This document shows, in pieces, positions 41,918 to 56,014 of a DNA stretch of 64,000 bases; positions within the stretch are counted from its first letter, which is position 1, and each line of letters begins with the position of its first letter. The DNA comes from Octopus sinensis (taxonomy: Eukaryota). A model generated the notes under the pieces. The model was given only the letters and a program-made list of their open reading frames with translations, did no database searches and had not been told where the DNA came from. The stretch covers positions 38,068,001 through 38,132,000 of the forward strand of contig NC_043000.1 of the NCBI RefSeq assembly GCF_006345805.1. Direction: 5' to 3'. The position numbers and the translations under genes are program-made.

Positions 41918-42272
41918 TGAAGAATTAAAAAACTACAGAAGGCTTACATGTTAAAAAATATATATATTTGCGTCAATATGTCTGAAGAATATTAGAAACT
42001 TTAAAAAAAAAATTTTTTCTCTTATAATGACATAATTTAAAAGAAAGACCGGTTTCGCGTGTAGCTTTTCAAATTTCTTGCGACGTTATAACGTCATAAC
42101 GTCGCAAGAAATTGAAAAGCTACACGCGAAACCGGTCTTTCTTTTAAATTATGTCATTATAAGAGAAAAAAATTTTTTTTTTAAATTTTCTAATATTCTT
42201 CAGACATATTGACGCAAATATATATATTTTTAAACATTTAAGCCTTCTGTAGTTTTTTCACTCTTTACTTTT
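41913..42272. mobile_element. Near-perfect 360-bp palindrome with a variant hammerhead in each arm
   Basis: Arms 41913-42089 and 42096-42272, 6-nt spacer aacgtc; (TA)n-rich flanks. Confidence 0.85.
42106..42143 (+). ncRNA. Minimal hammerhead with U3:A8 core variant
   Basis: aagaaa TTGAAAA gc tacac gc GAAA ccgg TC tttctt: stem I AAGAAA/UUUCUU, palindromic ACCGGU stem III, GUC site. Confidence 0.6.
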
Positions 42273-42975
42273 TTCTATATATTCACCCACGTGCTTTCAC
42301 AAACCAACTTTCTTATCTCTCTCTCTCTATATATATATATATATTCATATATGTGTGGCGGGGAGAAGGTGAATTAATCAGTGGTTAGAGCATCGGACAT
42401 ACAATCATGAGGTAGTGAGTACGATTTCCGGATCGGGCTATGTGCTGTGTTCTTGAGTAAGACACTTTATTTCACGTTGCTCCAGTTCAATCAAGTTGCA
42501 ACGTCATTGGTGCCAAGCTGTATCGGCCTTTGCCTTTCCCTTGGATAGCATCAGTGCCGTTGGGAGTGGAGGCTACTATGCATGGGTGGCTGCTGGTCTT
42601 CCTTAAACCTTTTGCGGACTTTATAGCTAGGTATTTAGGCGTGTATGTGTATATATATGTATACGTGTTTCTATGTGTATGCATGTATGTATGTATGTAT
42701 GTATGTATGTATGTATGTATGTATCTATCTATCTATCTGTATGTCTTTCTCTCTCTCTCTCAATATATATATATATAAACACATATATAAAACAAGTTAG
42801 GTTGAATAACCCTCAAGCAAATGCTTCATTCATCGTGTAATGATAAATTTAACGATATCCATATACATGGATACACACATTAATATATAAATATATACGC
42901 ACATATATACAGACACTCCCACACACATATCTATATACATTTATATATACACACTCATAAAAATAATGTTATGCG

Positions 42976-43009
<34 letters not shown>

Positions 43010-43844
43010 TATACAGACAGACATGTATAACAGATATCCATGTGGAACAATCCGAGAATTTCACTGGAGGAAAAAAGCTTTAACACATTGAGTACATAAT
43101 TTGATATCATACAGTAAAATATATTAAATTTGTAATAATACTTTGTGACTCTGAGTTTCATTTTTAACCGAATAACAACGATATAATAGATTTAGAGATT
43201 TTATAAGCTTCAAAGTAATTCAGCGTCCTTCTGTATATGTCTCTCTGACCACGACATATTATCGTCTGTTGACTCTATTTTGCTTTATTATATATATATA
43301 TATATTATATATATATATATATATAATATATATATACATACATATCTATGCATGTATTATGTATATAAACATATGTATGTATATGTAAGTATCTATTAAC
43401 ATTTAGTGAAATTCGCATACAGACGCATGTATATATATATATTGAATTATATTACTCTGTCTGTCTGTCTCTGTCTGTGTGTCTCTCTTTCTCTCGGTCT
43501 CTCTCCCCATGTCTCTATATCTGTATTTATGTGCTGTATATGTTTTTCAAGATTTTATTATTTATAGTTTGTATCAAACACATAAGTACATTTGTTTATA
43601 TTTTCATTTTGTCCAAAACACAGAAGTGTATGTTAGTCTAATCCTGTATTTATGTCTGTGTTCGTCCGTGACTTCTTACATATACTATGTTGTGGAATCT
43701 GTAGCTATACACAGCAGATACTTACATACATGCATACCTGAATGTGTATATGTAAATATATGCATATATACATAATGCATACATTCATATATATGTATAG
43801 GTATGTGTATATATGCATATACGTGCATATATATGTGTGTGTGT

Positions 43845-43889
<45 letters not shown>

Positions 43890-44217
43890 CACATGGAAAA
43901 GTGTAAGCACGCATGTGTGAAAATATGTGTATGTGTGTATATATATATACATATATATGTGTGTATATAAATATATATATATATATATATATCCTTTTAA
44001 ATATACACTCCCACACATGCACACACATATATAAATATATGTGCATGTATGTATTTATGCGTACCTCATAAATATGGTCATAAACTCAGACACATATGTG
44101 CGTGGCAATGAGAACTCATATGTATATATGCAGATATATCTTCCAAATCCAAATTGTATATATTTGTATTTATATACATGTATAAGTAAATCTGTATATA
44201 TGCATATACAGACATAC

Positions 44218-44252
<35 letters not shown>

Positions 44253-44901
44253 CATCCATATATGTACATCTATATATGTATATGTATAAATGATGTATAT
44301 ATGTATATGATCTGTATGTGATTGCGTTTATGCGTTTGGGTGTATGTGTGTGGGTTTATATTGGCGCACTTCTCTGTATTCGTGTGTCTTTGAGATTGTC
44401 TGTTTCTTCGTTTCATGTTTTTTTTCAGCCTTCCGTTTGACGCTACAGAAATATTTCAATTATAGATAGTTGCAGATTTATGATTCGGTTAGATGAATGA
44501 ACAAAATGCAGCCAATATTTTTGCGGCTGACCTTTGAAGCTCGTTTCCAACTTTAATGGAAGCCGAAGTAGAAATATTCCTCTGTCTTTTATTCAAGCTA
44601 AAACAGCTCTGTCTGGAAACTTTAGATAGTCCTATATGGTTTTTTTATATGCATGCATATATGTTTTTTTCTTTCCTGCGCATGTATCCATATTTCAAGC
44701 GGTCGGAGATGGAATAATGCAATGGAATAAAGATAAAGATATAAACAAAAAGAAACAAGTCAAAACAAATAAAATAAATATTTAAACAATAAATATGGCG
44801 GAAAAAGAGTAAAAAAAATATTGTCTGAATTCATCGACCGACGAGAACGGCAGCATCAACTATAACAACGACGACGAGAGCAACAACAACAACAACAACA
44901 T

Positions 44902-44948
<47 letters not shown>

Positions 44949-45453
44949 TCAACAACAACAACAGAAGCAGGAGAATCTCTGAACGAAAGCAACAATAATA
45001 TGGACGATTATGATTTGTTTCTGTAGTACAGGGGCAAAATAAATAAATAAATGACGGAAATAATTATGAGAACGACGACGATGACGACGTCGAAGGGGAC
45101 GATGACGGTATCAATGATGATGATGATGATGATGATGATGATGTTGGTGCTGGCGATGGTGATGGTGGCAACGACAAATACATGATAATGACGATCACGA
45201 CGATGTTGATAATGATACCGTCGATGATAACGGTGATGACGGTTTTGACGACGACGACGAATATGATGATGACGATGATGATTATAAGTATGCTGCTTGC
45301 AGCTGAGCATGATGACAACGATAACGATGAAAATGAGGAGGAGGGAGGAGGAGGAAGACGAAAGTAATGATGGTGACGAGTTTAACGATGGTGCCTGGTG
45401 CTTTAATGATGATAATGATGATGATGATCAAACACTAACGATGCTGGCATAAC

Positions 45454-45488
<35 letters not shown>

Positions 45489-45615
45489 CCGACGATAAAA
45501 CAACAATATTGAAAAAATAACAAAATATAAAAAATAAATAAATGAATAATGATCATAATTGATTCAATAAATGAATTTTTTTTAGAAAACAGCATCCCCT
45601 CCTATGTAATATAGT

Positions 45616-45700
<85 letters not shown>

Positions 45701-45750
45701 TACTAATATATATGTTATATATATATAATACATTTGTGCGTGTGTATATG

Positions 45751-45786
<36 letters not shown>

Positions 45787-46196
45787 TTTGTGTGTGTATG
45801 TGTATGCATGTGTGTGTGTGTGTGTGAGTCAGTATGTAATGGAGATATAAAACAAAAATGGAGGTAAAGGTTAAGGTAGCATAGACTGATTTTGCAAAGG
45901 CTGATGGTGACAAAGCCATCGTGTCGAAGTTGATGTTATGATGATGGAAGTATGGCTGCCATAGAATTTTTGGTTATTAATTCAAAAACAAATAATTTCT
46001 GAGCTTCAAAAGATTTCAGTTTGACCGACCTCCATCATGAACACATTGCAGTGATTTCATTACTCGATTCGGTTTTTCTAAACTATATATATATATATAT
46101 TTATATTTATTCATATATATATATGCATATATACATATATACACACACATATACACATAATATACATATATATGTATGTATATATGTGTATATATG

Positions 46197-46227
<31 letters not shown>

Positions 46228-47003
46228 GTGTTTGTCTGTATTTACACACATACTGAAAATATTATGTGACTTCTAATATCAGAAAAAACTTAAAAAATTA
46301 TATCAACTCGAACATTAATACTAATTATTGTTTCTTAATATAGGAATTAAAGCTAACATGAATAATAATGTTAGAATGCAATTTATATAATTCATTCCAT
46401 CATTTAATGTTTATTTGTAAGACTGCTAGTATGCTACAGATCAAATATAATCAATACTAGAAATCAATACTGTATTGATAGAAAATGTGTTGTATAGCAA
46501 CAGCTAATATCTCGATAGTTTGTCACTATAAACAATGTTTCAATCTCTGGATACGATAATTTCATCTCACACGTTTATTTAACTACTACCAAAATGACAG
46601 CATTCATTTATCTCTCTATTTTCCTTGCTATTTGATGATGAACGTTTCTCCGAAGCGTTTTAGATGGTTTCGTTATAACGGAATGAAGTTAATGAATTTT
46701 TCTTTGTCTTCACCATGTTTATGATGTTAACCATCACCGTCTTTCAAAATTTCTGATATTATCCGTTCATTCCTTACAATGATGATAACCACGTGATCAA
46801 TAACTACGTTAATTATCTAGACACATTGCCCGAATGCGTGCAACTGAGGGAATCCTGCTAAATTGATCAGGTGGTGTGGATCGTTTGGAGACTGGAATTT
46901 TTCGCTTTTAGAGACGGTACTTTTTGGCAACGGAAGCAAACACACACACACGCAGAAATATACACATACAGAAAGATAGATAGATAGATAGATAAATAGA
47001 TAG

Positions 47004-47058
<55 letters not shown>

Positions 47059-47172
47059 TTAGAAGAGAGGAAGAGAAGGAAACATTATACAGACATGCAA
47101 ACATAACTATATGCTCACACACATAAACAGAGAGAGAAACAGACAGAGAAAGAAAGAGAGAGAGAGAGAGAG

Positions 47173-47227
<55 letters not shown>

Positions 47228-48858
47228 ATGAGAGAAAAACATTAAAAGAATCACTATAGTTTCTGATGTCAAATAAGTCAGAGTGGAAAGAGCGACGCCA
47301 AAGAGATGGCGCCCAATCGGCTGCTCCAAAATGCCTCATACACCAGCTGGTGTTAAACAGGGTGACGGATTAAGTCTACCACGTAAGTTGACTACGGAAG
47401 GATTTGAACATATAAGGCAAAAATCCTGAACAAATACTGCAAAGCAACCAGTTCGAAATTCTTACAGTTCCACCAATCCATCACCCAGGACTGATATATC
47501 TTTTATCGATTCTGCAAAGATGGAAGGTAAAGTTGATTTCGGTGATGACAACATTTCTATTTTTATTTCTATCATTGTAAATGCTATCGTTGTCATTTAA
47601 AACTCCATCCGATTGCTAAATCTTTTCTCAAGCAATTCTCAAAGTTAAATAATTGTAAAATTATGCATTTTACACACATTATCGATTGCAATTCCACGGC
47701 CAAACAACTGTTAAGCAGTTTTCTCTGTACTCTATGCTTATTTTTTGCATAATAATATGGTAGAGTTGTTAAACCGGTTGAGTCCTATTACCGTCGAAAT
47801 ATATGTTTGTTGTGTCTTTTCTATAATTATTTCCACAGTAAGTTTTCCGATGAACTTTCTGGCGACACCCACCTTCTACATTAGTCTTATTAAACGTGTC
47901 ACTCGCTTCTCTTTACAAATACAAGCTCGCTTCTCTTCGCAGATACGACGTTGCTCCATTGAGTCTCCTGTTAGTCATGAGTACTTTTATTCTAATAACT
48001 TCTTTTCTCAAACTGCTGCTTTTTAGAACTCACTACCATCGTCTTGTTTTCCTCTGCTCTATGATAATTCAGTCCTTTAAGCTTTCTGTCATTCTTCAAA
48101 TTTTCAAATTCTAGGCCCCTTCTTTTCCGTCTGTGTAGTCCATTACAAAGCGCCCTCAAGACTTGTCTGACACAAAATCGTATAAAACATCATTTTTGCA
48201 TGCACAGGATTTACACGCTGATATGCTCGCATCTTTTTCTCTGGATGTTTACTATATCAGGATTTTAACCAACGTGGATCGACGCAGGATTGCACCTAAG
48301 GACTTATGCTCGTTTCTTCAACATCGGAAAGTTGAACTATGAACTTTTATGCTTCTTTTTTCTTCTCTCTTTTCATCTCCTTATTCCTTCCTTTATATCG
48401 TCATCTCATTAATATAGACCATTCTCATTTTCCCTATTTCACTCTATTTGTTTCTGATGACAGAATGTCCCATACTCAGGGACATCCCAGAAACGGCTGA
48501 ATTTTTTTTCCAGTAATAATAATGTATACGACTTGAGATATTTGCCTTGCATTAACGCTTGTTGTTCTCTTTAACAATTATACACCCGCTGCATTGGAAT
48601 GGCTCCATAACTACCGTCTCGGCTGCAACCTTGGAGACCTACAGTGCTTACCTTGCGTTCCTAATCTTTTAGATCACCTGCGAACTAACCCCACCCATAT
48701 TTTGTACACACACACACACACACGCACACACACACACATACATATATATATATAATCTGTCAAAAAGAAATATAGACAGTGACGAACTTCGATTATTGAT
48801 GACATGCAATAATAAAAAACATGAAAATCAGATCTTATAACTTTATTCAACTGAAGTG

Positions 48859-48902
<44 letters not shown>

Positions 48903-49076
48903 CATGCATATATGGGTAGAGGACGTCACCAACGTGACATAAATACATAATAAACGAGTGAAATACATGAACATAGAGAAAAAATGGAAAACAGGACAGG
49001 TTAACACAGAAAAAGGACCTTTCATCAGTTGTCGGCTGTCTATCTACTCCACGTTTCGAGCATTCAACGATATATA

Positions 49077-50239
49077 CAAGGGTTGGACAAAATAAATGGA
49101 AACACCTTAAAATTTCAAACAGCTTGAATTCTACGAGGTATGGACTCGTACAAAGTTTGAATTGTTTCCAAAGGAATTTTTGTCCATTCTTCAGCTAAAG
49201 CAGTCTCCAGTTCTTGTTGTGATGATGGTGGGGGATATCGACTCCTTACTTGTTTTTCTAAAATGCACCCTGAATATTTAATAATATTGAGATCTGGGGA
49301 CTTTGGTGACCAGATAAGATGTTCAACTTCACTAGAATGTTCTTCGTGCCATTCAGTAACAACTTTATCTGTGTGAATTGGTGCATTATCATCCTGAAAG
49401 ATTGCATTTTCCCTCGGAAACAGTTCCGCAACCATAGGATGAATTTGATCCTAAAATGCTTAAATAGTCTTGACTATTAATTCTGCCATGAAGGGAAACC
49501 GCTGGACCGGCGGATTTCCAAGATATAGCCCCCTCCCCCCAGATCATCACAGATCCTCCTCCATGTTTAACAATTGGAAGAAAGCAATCTGGGTCAAATG
49601 CTTCTTTTGGCTGACTCCACATGTTTTCCCGGCCAGTGGTCGGAAAAAAGATAAAGGATGATTCGTCCGAGAATATGACATTCTTCTACTGCTCTAGGGA
49701 CCAATTCTGTAGATTGCAACATTTGTTTTTGAAAGTAGTAAATTTCTGATTGTAACCCTCCCGTGAAATCCGGCTTTGTGCAGCTCCCGGCGAACAGTGT
49801 TTGTGGAAACTGTACTTTTGTGATCTTCTCTAACAATTCGCGTAAGAGTCGACTGTTCTTATCTGAAACTTTTGGTTTTCTTCCGGAGTTTTGTTTCGAC
49901 GAGGAGATTTTTTCCCCTCATTCTCAAAGGCTCTCATTACTTTCGAGACTACTTCTTGATACACCAAACATTTCGGTTGTTTTCCTTACGCTAGCGTCTG
50001 CCAGACGAACACCAACAATTTGACATTTTTGAAAATCCGATAGATCTGTCATTTTAATGCATTTTAATTACCTTTTTCTGATGATATCTGAAAAGAAACA
50101 GCAATTTCAGCAAAACATATTAAGCAACGCTAATAATAAATTAAAAAAAACAAAAATAACAAGCTTTTAACGGTTTTATAGATATTTCAAGATTATGATG
50201 CTATGATGCTAAGTGTTTCCTTATTTTGTCCAATCCCTG
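49077..50239 (-). mobile_element. Decayed full-length Tc1-family DNA transposon
   Basis: TIRs caagggttggacaaaataaatggaaacac / gtgtttccttattttgtccaatccctg, TA flanks; minus transposase from ATG ~50052 (MTDLSDFQKCQIVG), VIFSDES, VKHGGGSVMIWG, FQDDNAPIH, SPDLNIIK (catalytic E replaced); frameshifts. Confidence 0.92.
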
Positions 50240-50803
50240 TATATATTGCAGTTTCCCTGTATCAACCAGAGCCGTCAGATCTTGTTATATACCGCTGGTC
50301 ACAATGCGCTTGAAATTTTGGGTTGATAAATATGTTTGTATGTATAAATTCATTGTGTGTCTGTCTGTATGATGGCACATACAGATACATATTACATATG
50401 TATAGACACGTAGGCAGAAATATGGTTCGGATATGTTTCGAATCACATCGTATGGGGCGTGTGATTAACGGAAAGAATCAGAAGCGGAAAAAAATTTCAT
50501 ATATCATTGAAATGACACAGATAATGACAAAAGCAATTCAGAAAACAATATTTTAAGTAACACATTAACGGACAATGCCTCTCTTGTGCTCAGTGATAAT
50601 GAAGTTTATATATTGGCATTACAGGTCTGTGAAAAAATAAATCACGTTTTAGTCAATATTTTAAATCAAACAATGAACCCCAAACTCATTACACGAGTTA
50701 GATATCTGAACAGATTTCTTCCATTCAAAGTTGGATATGTGTGAAAAAGCACGCTCTCTCTCTCTCACTCTCTCTCTCTCACTCTCTCTCTCTCTCTATC
50801 TCG

Positions 50804-50853
<50 letters not shown>

Positions 50854-51189
50854 TCCCCCCGCACGCACACACACACATTCACATATGTACGCGTGGTTGT
50901 GTAGTTAAGAAGGTTCCTTTACAGCCACAAGGATAGGGGTTCAGTCCCACTGTACTTCACCATGGGCAAATGAATTGTAGAATAGCCCCGGGCCAACCAA
51001 CGTCTTGTGGGTCAATTTGGTTTGAGGGAAAGTTTGACAACGGACGTCGAGTGTGCATGTGTGTGTTTGTGTGTTGTGTGTGTGTGTGTGTGTATGTATG
51101 TATATATATGTATATGTATGTGTGTATATAAACATATATATGTATATAAATATCTATGTAAAATATATACATACGCACACAAACACGCG

Positions 51190-51221
<32 letters not shown>

Positions 51222-51658
51222 CACAAACACCTCTACCCCCAACTATTTATGAAGAAACCGAGTTCCATGAATTGAAAGTCCTACAAAACAGCATCCTCTA
51301 AATTTCCACTGAAGCTTCGACATTATAATTAAAACAACTCACCTCCACCGCCACCATTAGCACACCTAGTGATTAAAAACCCATTAGCCAATTTTCCCAT
51401 ACAATCCAGAATACCACTATTTTCAGACAAACAAAACATTTACCACCCACGTGATCACTAGATATTCTTTCATAATATTCCTCAAAATATTTATTTGAAC
51501 ACGCAACGCAGATGGTTAAAAATATTTCCATTGAAAATCTCTTATCGTGGTTATTTTTTTATCCCCTTGCATATTTAAGCATACCTTATAACATATAATA
51601 TGTGTGCGTGTGTGTATGTATATATTACATATATGTATATATATATGTATGTATATAT

Positions 51659-51722
<64 letters not shown>

Positions 51723-52089
51723 GTGTGTATACACACACACACACACACACATAAACATATATATATATATATACATATATATGAGAGGTTTTGGTATCCA
51801 GAAGACCCAAAAGGAAGGTAAGGCTCTCTAACTGCTACGGAAGGACCGCTATTAGACTCCCTGTTCAATGATAGTGTGAGTGAGGAGGCCAATGCGAGAC
51901 GTGTATGTGTATCTGTTAAATAAAATGATATAACAACGCGATAAGAGATGATGTGATATCGTCTCTGATTATGGGATATCTTTTACATCCCCGAATCAGT
52001 TGTAAGACTATCTTTCTCTTTATAGATGTCCTAGAAATATTAAAACTCCTTGGCCTTGTTATATCATTATATTTAACATATATATAAAT

Positions 52090-52480
52090 ATGGTGGGGTT
52101 GTGTACTCCTTCTGCAGAGTTTGACCTCCTCCTGTACCTACATCTTAGAACCATTGTGGCATCTTATGTGGCTTTTTAAACCAGACAATGTTTTGAAAAG
52201 ACACCCACATAGATTGCAAGTCCGATTTGGACCACCAAAAGCTGCAGTTAAGTTCTGATCTTTGTAGATCTTAAAATGTCTTTTGAGGCCTCCGTTGGAT
52301 TTGCAAACCTTCTGGCATACATTGCATTCAAAGGTGTGCACAGACACATAGGCGGAATAATTGGTGGAAGTTCGTTTTCCATGGGTTCGCAGATGAGATT
52401 TAAGGCCAGCAAAAACGGACATGTTCTGTCACAAACTGTGCACACAAAAACGTCACTGTGATTTGCCTTCTCATGCATAT
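52090..52480 (-). mobile_element. 5'-truncated RTE-like LINE 3' end encoding three C2H2-like fingers
   Basis: CTVCDRTC/(frameshift)GLKSHLRTH, CNVCQKVCKSNGGLKRHFKIY, CNLCGCLFKTLSGLKSHIRCH; no TGEKP linkers; short 3' UTR resembling the RTE-type end at ~55185-55230. Confidence 0.55.
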
Positions 52481-52507
52481 ATATATATATATATATATAT
52501 AACCTGG

Positions 52508-52959
52508 AGAAATAAATAACGATGAGAAGGGGATCTTTAGTGTTATAAAGCCATTATTTAATTAATTAATATGTGAGTAGGTTAGAGTAAGTTTACAGCA
52601 GTTACCATATATCAGGCTGGGGTAAATATGTATTTGCCTTCAAATAACTCTCTTCTCATCTATCCTACAGCTGACTTATTGAACTTTGAACCTAACTAAA
52701 ATGTATGACTATCGAATTATTGAACATTTCCTTTTTCCTGTTTTTTTTTCCTCACGCTTTCTTTCTCTCTATTATCCTTTTGTTTATCTTTGCCTTTTAG
52801 TCTTTCTGATGAAGTCTATCAATTGCAACGAGGTAAATACATATTTACCCCAGCCTGATATATGGTAGCAAAAGTAAACTTGCTCTAACGTACTCTCATC
52901 TTACTTAAGTAATGGCTTTATAACACTAAAGATCCCCTTCTCCTTGTTATTTATTTCTC
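52508..52959. repeat. Fold-back element with ~130-bp inverted arms and a hammerhead-like remnant
   Basis: 52508-52640 vs 52831-52959 inverted; ctgatga at 52806 without an intact GAAA. Confidence 0.65.
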
Positions 52960-53187
52960 TATTGAATGAGGCGGTGAGCTGGTAGAATCGGTAGCGCGCC
53001 GGGCAGAAGGCTTGGTGGCATTTCATCCATCGTCTTTATATACATTAAACTGCGGTTTACCTTTTAAATTACTCACTAGCGTATACCTTATAACAAAGAC
53101 CATACTGAGATAATTACAAGGAGTGCCTCTGGATGCATCTACCTTTTAGAAGGTTACATTACCTCTAACTTATATCTGATATATATA

Positions 53188-54129
53188 TACCGTAAATCCT
53201 CGAGTATAATCCGCATTTTCCCCCAAAAACTTAAAAGTCAAGTCCCTAGTGCGTACTATATACGAGGTTAAAATAAAAAATATTCTCTAAGCAATGTCCG
53301 AGTCTCTATTTGCTCTCCGGCAATGTTTATTCAGACGCATTTTGTGATGTTTGGCGCGAAAATACCTTAAGCTAAACCTGAAAGCAATGAAGTCAGTAAG
53401 CATCATTTATTAAAATAAAAGTATTCAGAACACAGAATAACATGTAACGAAAACAATTTGCAAACATATTTACATTCCCATATATCAGTTAAGAACATCA
53501 CCATTATTGTATTACACATGCGCGGAAGTGTTTGTTCGACTAGGTGCTGCTGGCTTAATTACACACGAATTGTGCTTAATAGTTTAGCGCTGAATAGTTC
53601 ATTCTGCTGTTTGTATTGGCAGTTTGCATCATTACCGTGGCAAACAATAGATACTTACTTAAATACCAGTCTTAAATGTTTGAACTACTGTGGGTCTTTA
53701 CTAAAGTTTTTTTTATAAGCGAGACTTAAACCTGTACATTAATCTCCGGTAAAACATTTTATACATTACTTGCCCATAAAATGCTTCCTAGATCTTATCC
53801 AGTTACATTTAAACTTGAAGTTATATCATATGCTAAAGAGCATGGTAATAGGACCGCCGGAAAAAAACCTGATGTTGACGAAAGCAATGTCAGGTTACGA
53901 AGAAGAAATAGAGATGTAATTAAACAGATACTAAAGATAAAGAAGGCAAGAAGGCAATAATAAAGGACGTTACCGTATACATTTTTACAAACCAAGGATA
54001 TTATATAGACCTCAAATTAGAGAAGGGGTGCGTGTTATACACAAGGTTTAGGTTTTTCGGAGGTACAGCCACCTAAAATTCCCCTGCGTATTATACTCAA
54101 GGGCGGGGTATACTCGAGGATTTACGGTA
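53188..54129 (+). mobile_element. Internally deleted pogo/Tc2-type DNA transposon
   Basis: Perfect 21-bp terminal inverted match taccgtaaatcctcgagtata / tatactcgaggatttacggta; subterminal gcg..tatac repeats. Confidence 0.85.
53781..53960 (+). CDS. 59-aa mini-ORF: Brinker-type DNA-binding domain of a pogo transposase
   Basis: Manual translation MLPRSYPVTFKLEVISYAKEHGNRTAGKKPDVDESNVRLRRRNRDVIKQILKIKKARRQ*; expression unknown. Confidence 0.5.
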   Translation: MLPRSYPVTFKLEVISYAKEHGNRTAGKKPDVDESNVRLRRRNRDVIKQILKIKKARRQ

Positions 54130-54139
54130 TATGTATGTA

Positions 54140-54515
54140 TGTATTTATATATATGGTTCCGAGTTCAGTCCCAATGCGTGGCACCTTGAGAAAGTGTCTT
54201 CTACTATAATCTCAGACCGTCAAAGCCTTATGTGTGGATTTTGTAGCCGGAAACTGAAAGAAACCCGTCGTATATATATATATATATATATATATGTTTA
54301 CGTGTTTGTGTTTATCCTCATACCATCGCTTGACAACCGATGACCGATGTTGGTGTGTTTACGTCCTCGTAACTTATCAGTTCGGCAAAAGAGACCAATA
54401 GAATAAGCACTAGGCTTACAAGGAATAAGTCCTGGGGTCGATTTGTTCGATCAAAATCGGAGTTCAAGCATGGCCGCAGTCAAATGACTGAAACAAATAA
54501 AAGAATAAAAAAATA
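54140..54515 (+). mobile_element. Family B SINE
   Basis: gagttcagtccc..caccttgagaaagtg..gcatggccgcagtcaaatgactgaaac. Confidence 0.75.
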
Positions 54516-55960
54516 TAAATATATGTGTGTGTGTGTGGCTCTACTATCGATTTGTCATGTGTCCATATGAATGACCAGCACGACTTTTTTTGTCTCTAGT
54601 TTCAGCTCAGAGCTGCGGCCATGCTGTGGCACCGCCATTCCACTATTATACTCATCAGCAGAGAGCAATAAAGGTTTCAAATTTTGGCACAAGGCCAGTA
54701 AGTTCAAGGGAAAGGGATGAGTCAGTTACATCGATACTCAACTGGTACTTATTTTTTCGACTCTGAAGGGATGAAAGGCAAAGTCACGCTCGGTGGAATT
54801 TGAACTCAGGACGAAAAAACGGATGAAATGCTGCTAAGCGTGTGCTAACGATTCTGCCAGCACACGTTCTATACAGAGGAAAATATTGATCGATAAATGA
54901 ATGAGGCGGTAAGCTGGCAGAATCGGTAGCGCGCAGGGGAGGATGCTTAGTGGCATTTCGTCCATCTTTATGATCTGAATTTAAATCCCGACATCATCAG
55001 CCTTGGATTTCAGCCTTACACGGCCGGTAAAATAAGTACTCTGGGGTCTATTTAGTCGAATGACTCTTTCACCCGAAATTAAATATAGGCACATGTAGAA
55101 ATACACATGTTCACATAGATAAACAGAAATGTATATAAACAACACAGTGAAACACACATTCACATACATACCTACATACATACATGATGGCTGTCCCCTC
55201 GTTATCGAGTATGGCCATTGCACGAAGCTTAACTGTTATTGGTGCTGTGATCGAATGTGACTTTTATTTGCTTTTTAAGGCTACAGCCAGCCATTCAGTT
55301 GAGACTCACAACACCATCAACAATCATGAACAATGTTGTTATCGTGCAATGCTTGTGGAAGAAGATTTTTTTTTAAGTGAGGAAAGGCTGTGCACTGAGT
55401 CAATCCCACTCACTAAGCAACAGCAGCTATAATCCGAAAAGAACAAGTCAACATCATCGGTAACCGCAGGTTTTATGTTGGAGTTATCCCAGATACCTGA
55501 GTTACTCTACTCCTAAGGCTAGGAGTCCTTCACTCCCAATGGTTTAACCGCGCGATCGGGTTTTCAGCACGATTATTTCTATGTCTCCGAGAATGATACA
55601 GCCTTAAGCATTAAGAAAAAAAACCCCATTTATTGGATGGCCGTTGACTCTTAAGAGTTCCTCCGCCCTTTGATGGGTTTTGTTTTTCATCCCGCAGGGT
55701 GTCCAATAGACACCCTCCTCACCAAGCAAGCTTGGTGGGGTTGCAGATGCAGCACGGATTTTTGTTAGTGAACAGGTCGCGGTCTTAAAGCGACGAAAAT
55801 ATTTTGACAAATTAAACTTAAATGTTGAAGTGAATCGAAGGGCTTTTAGTGTTTCTTAAATGGCTTACAAACACCTTCCACGCTGCAATCGTTTTCGTTT
55901 GAGCACACGATCTCAGATCAAATTCAAATTACTTGCTATGCAAGTACATCTCTCTCACTC

Positions 55961-56014
<54 letters not shown>

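Noticed and set aside
52138-52422. Host C2H2 zinc-finger gene
   Set aside because: Frameshift, lost His in finger 2, no canonical linkers or clear splice sites, LINE-like 3' end
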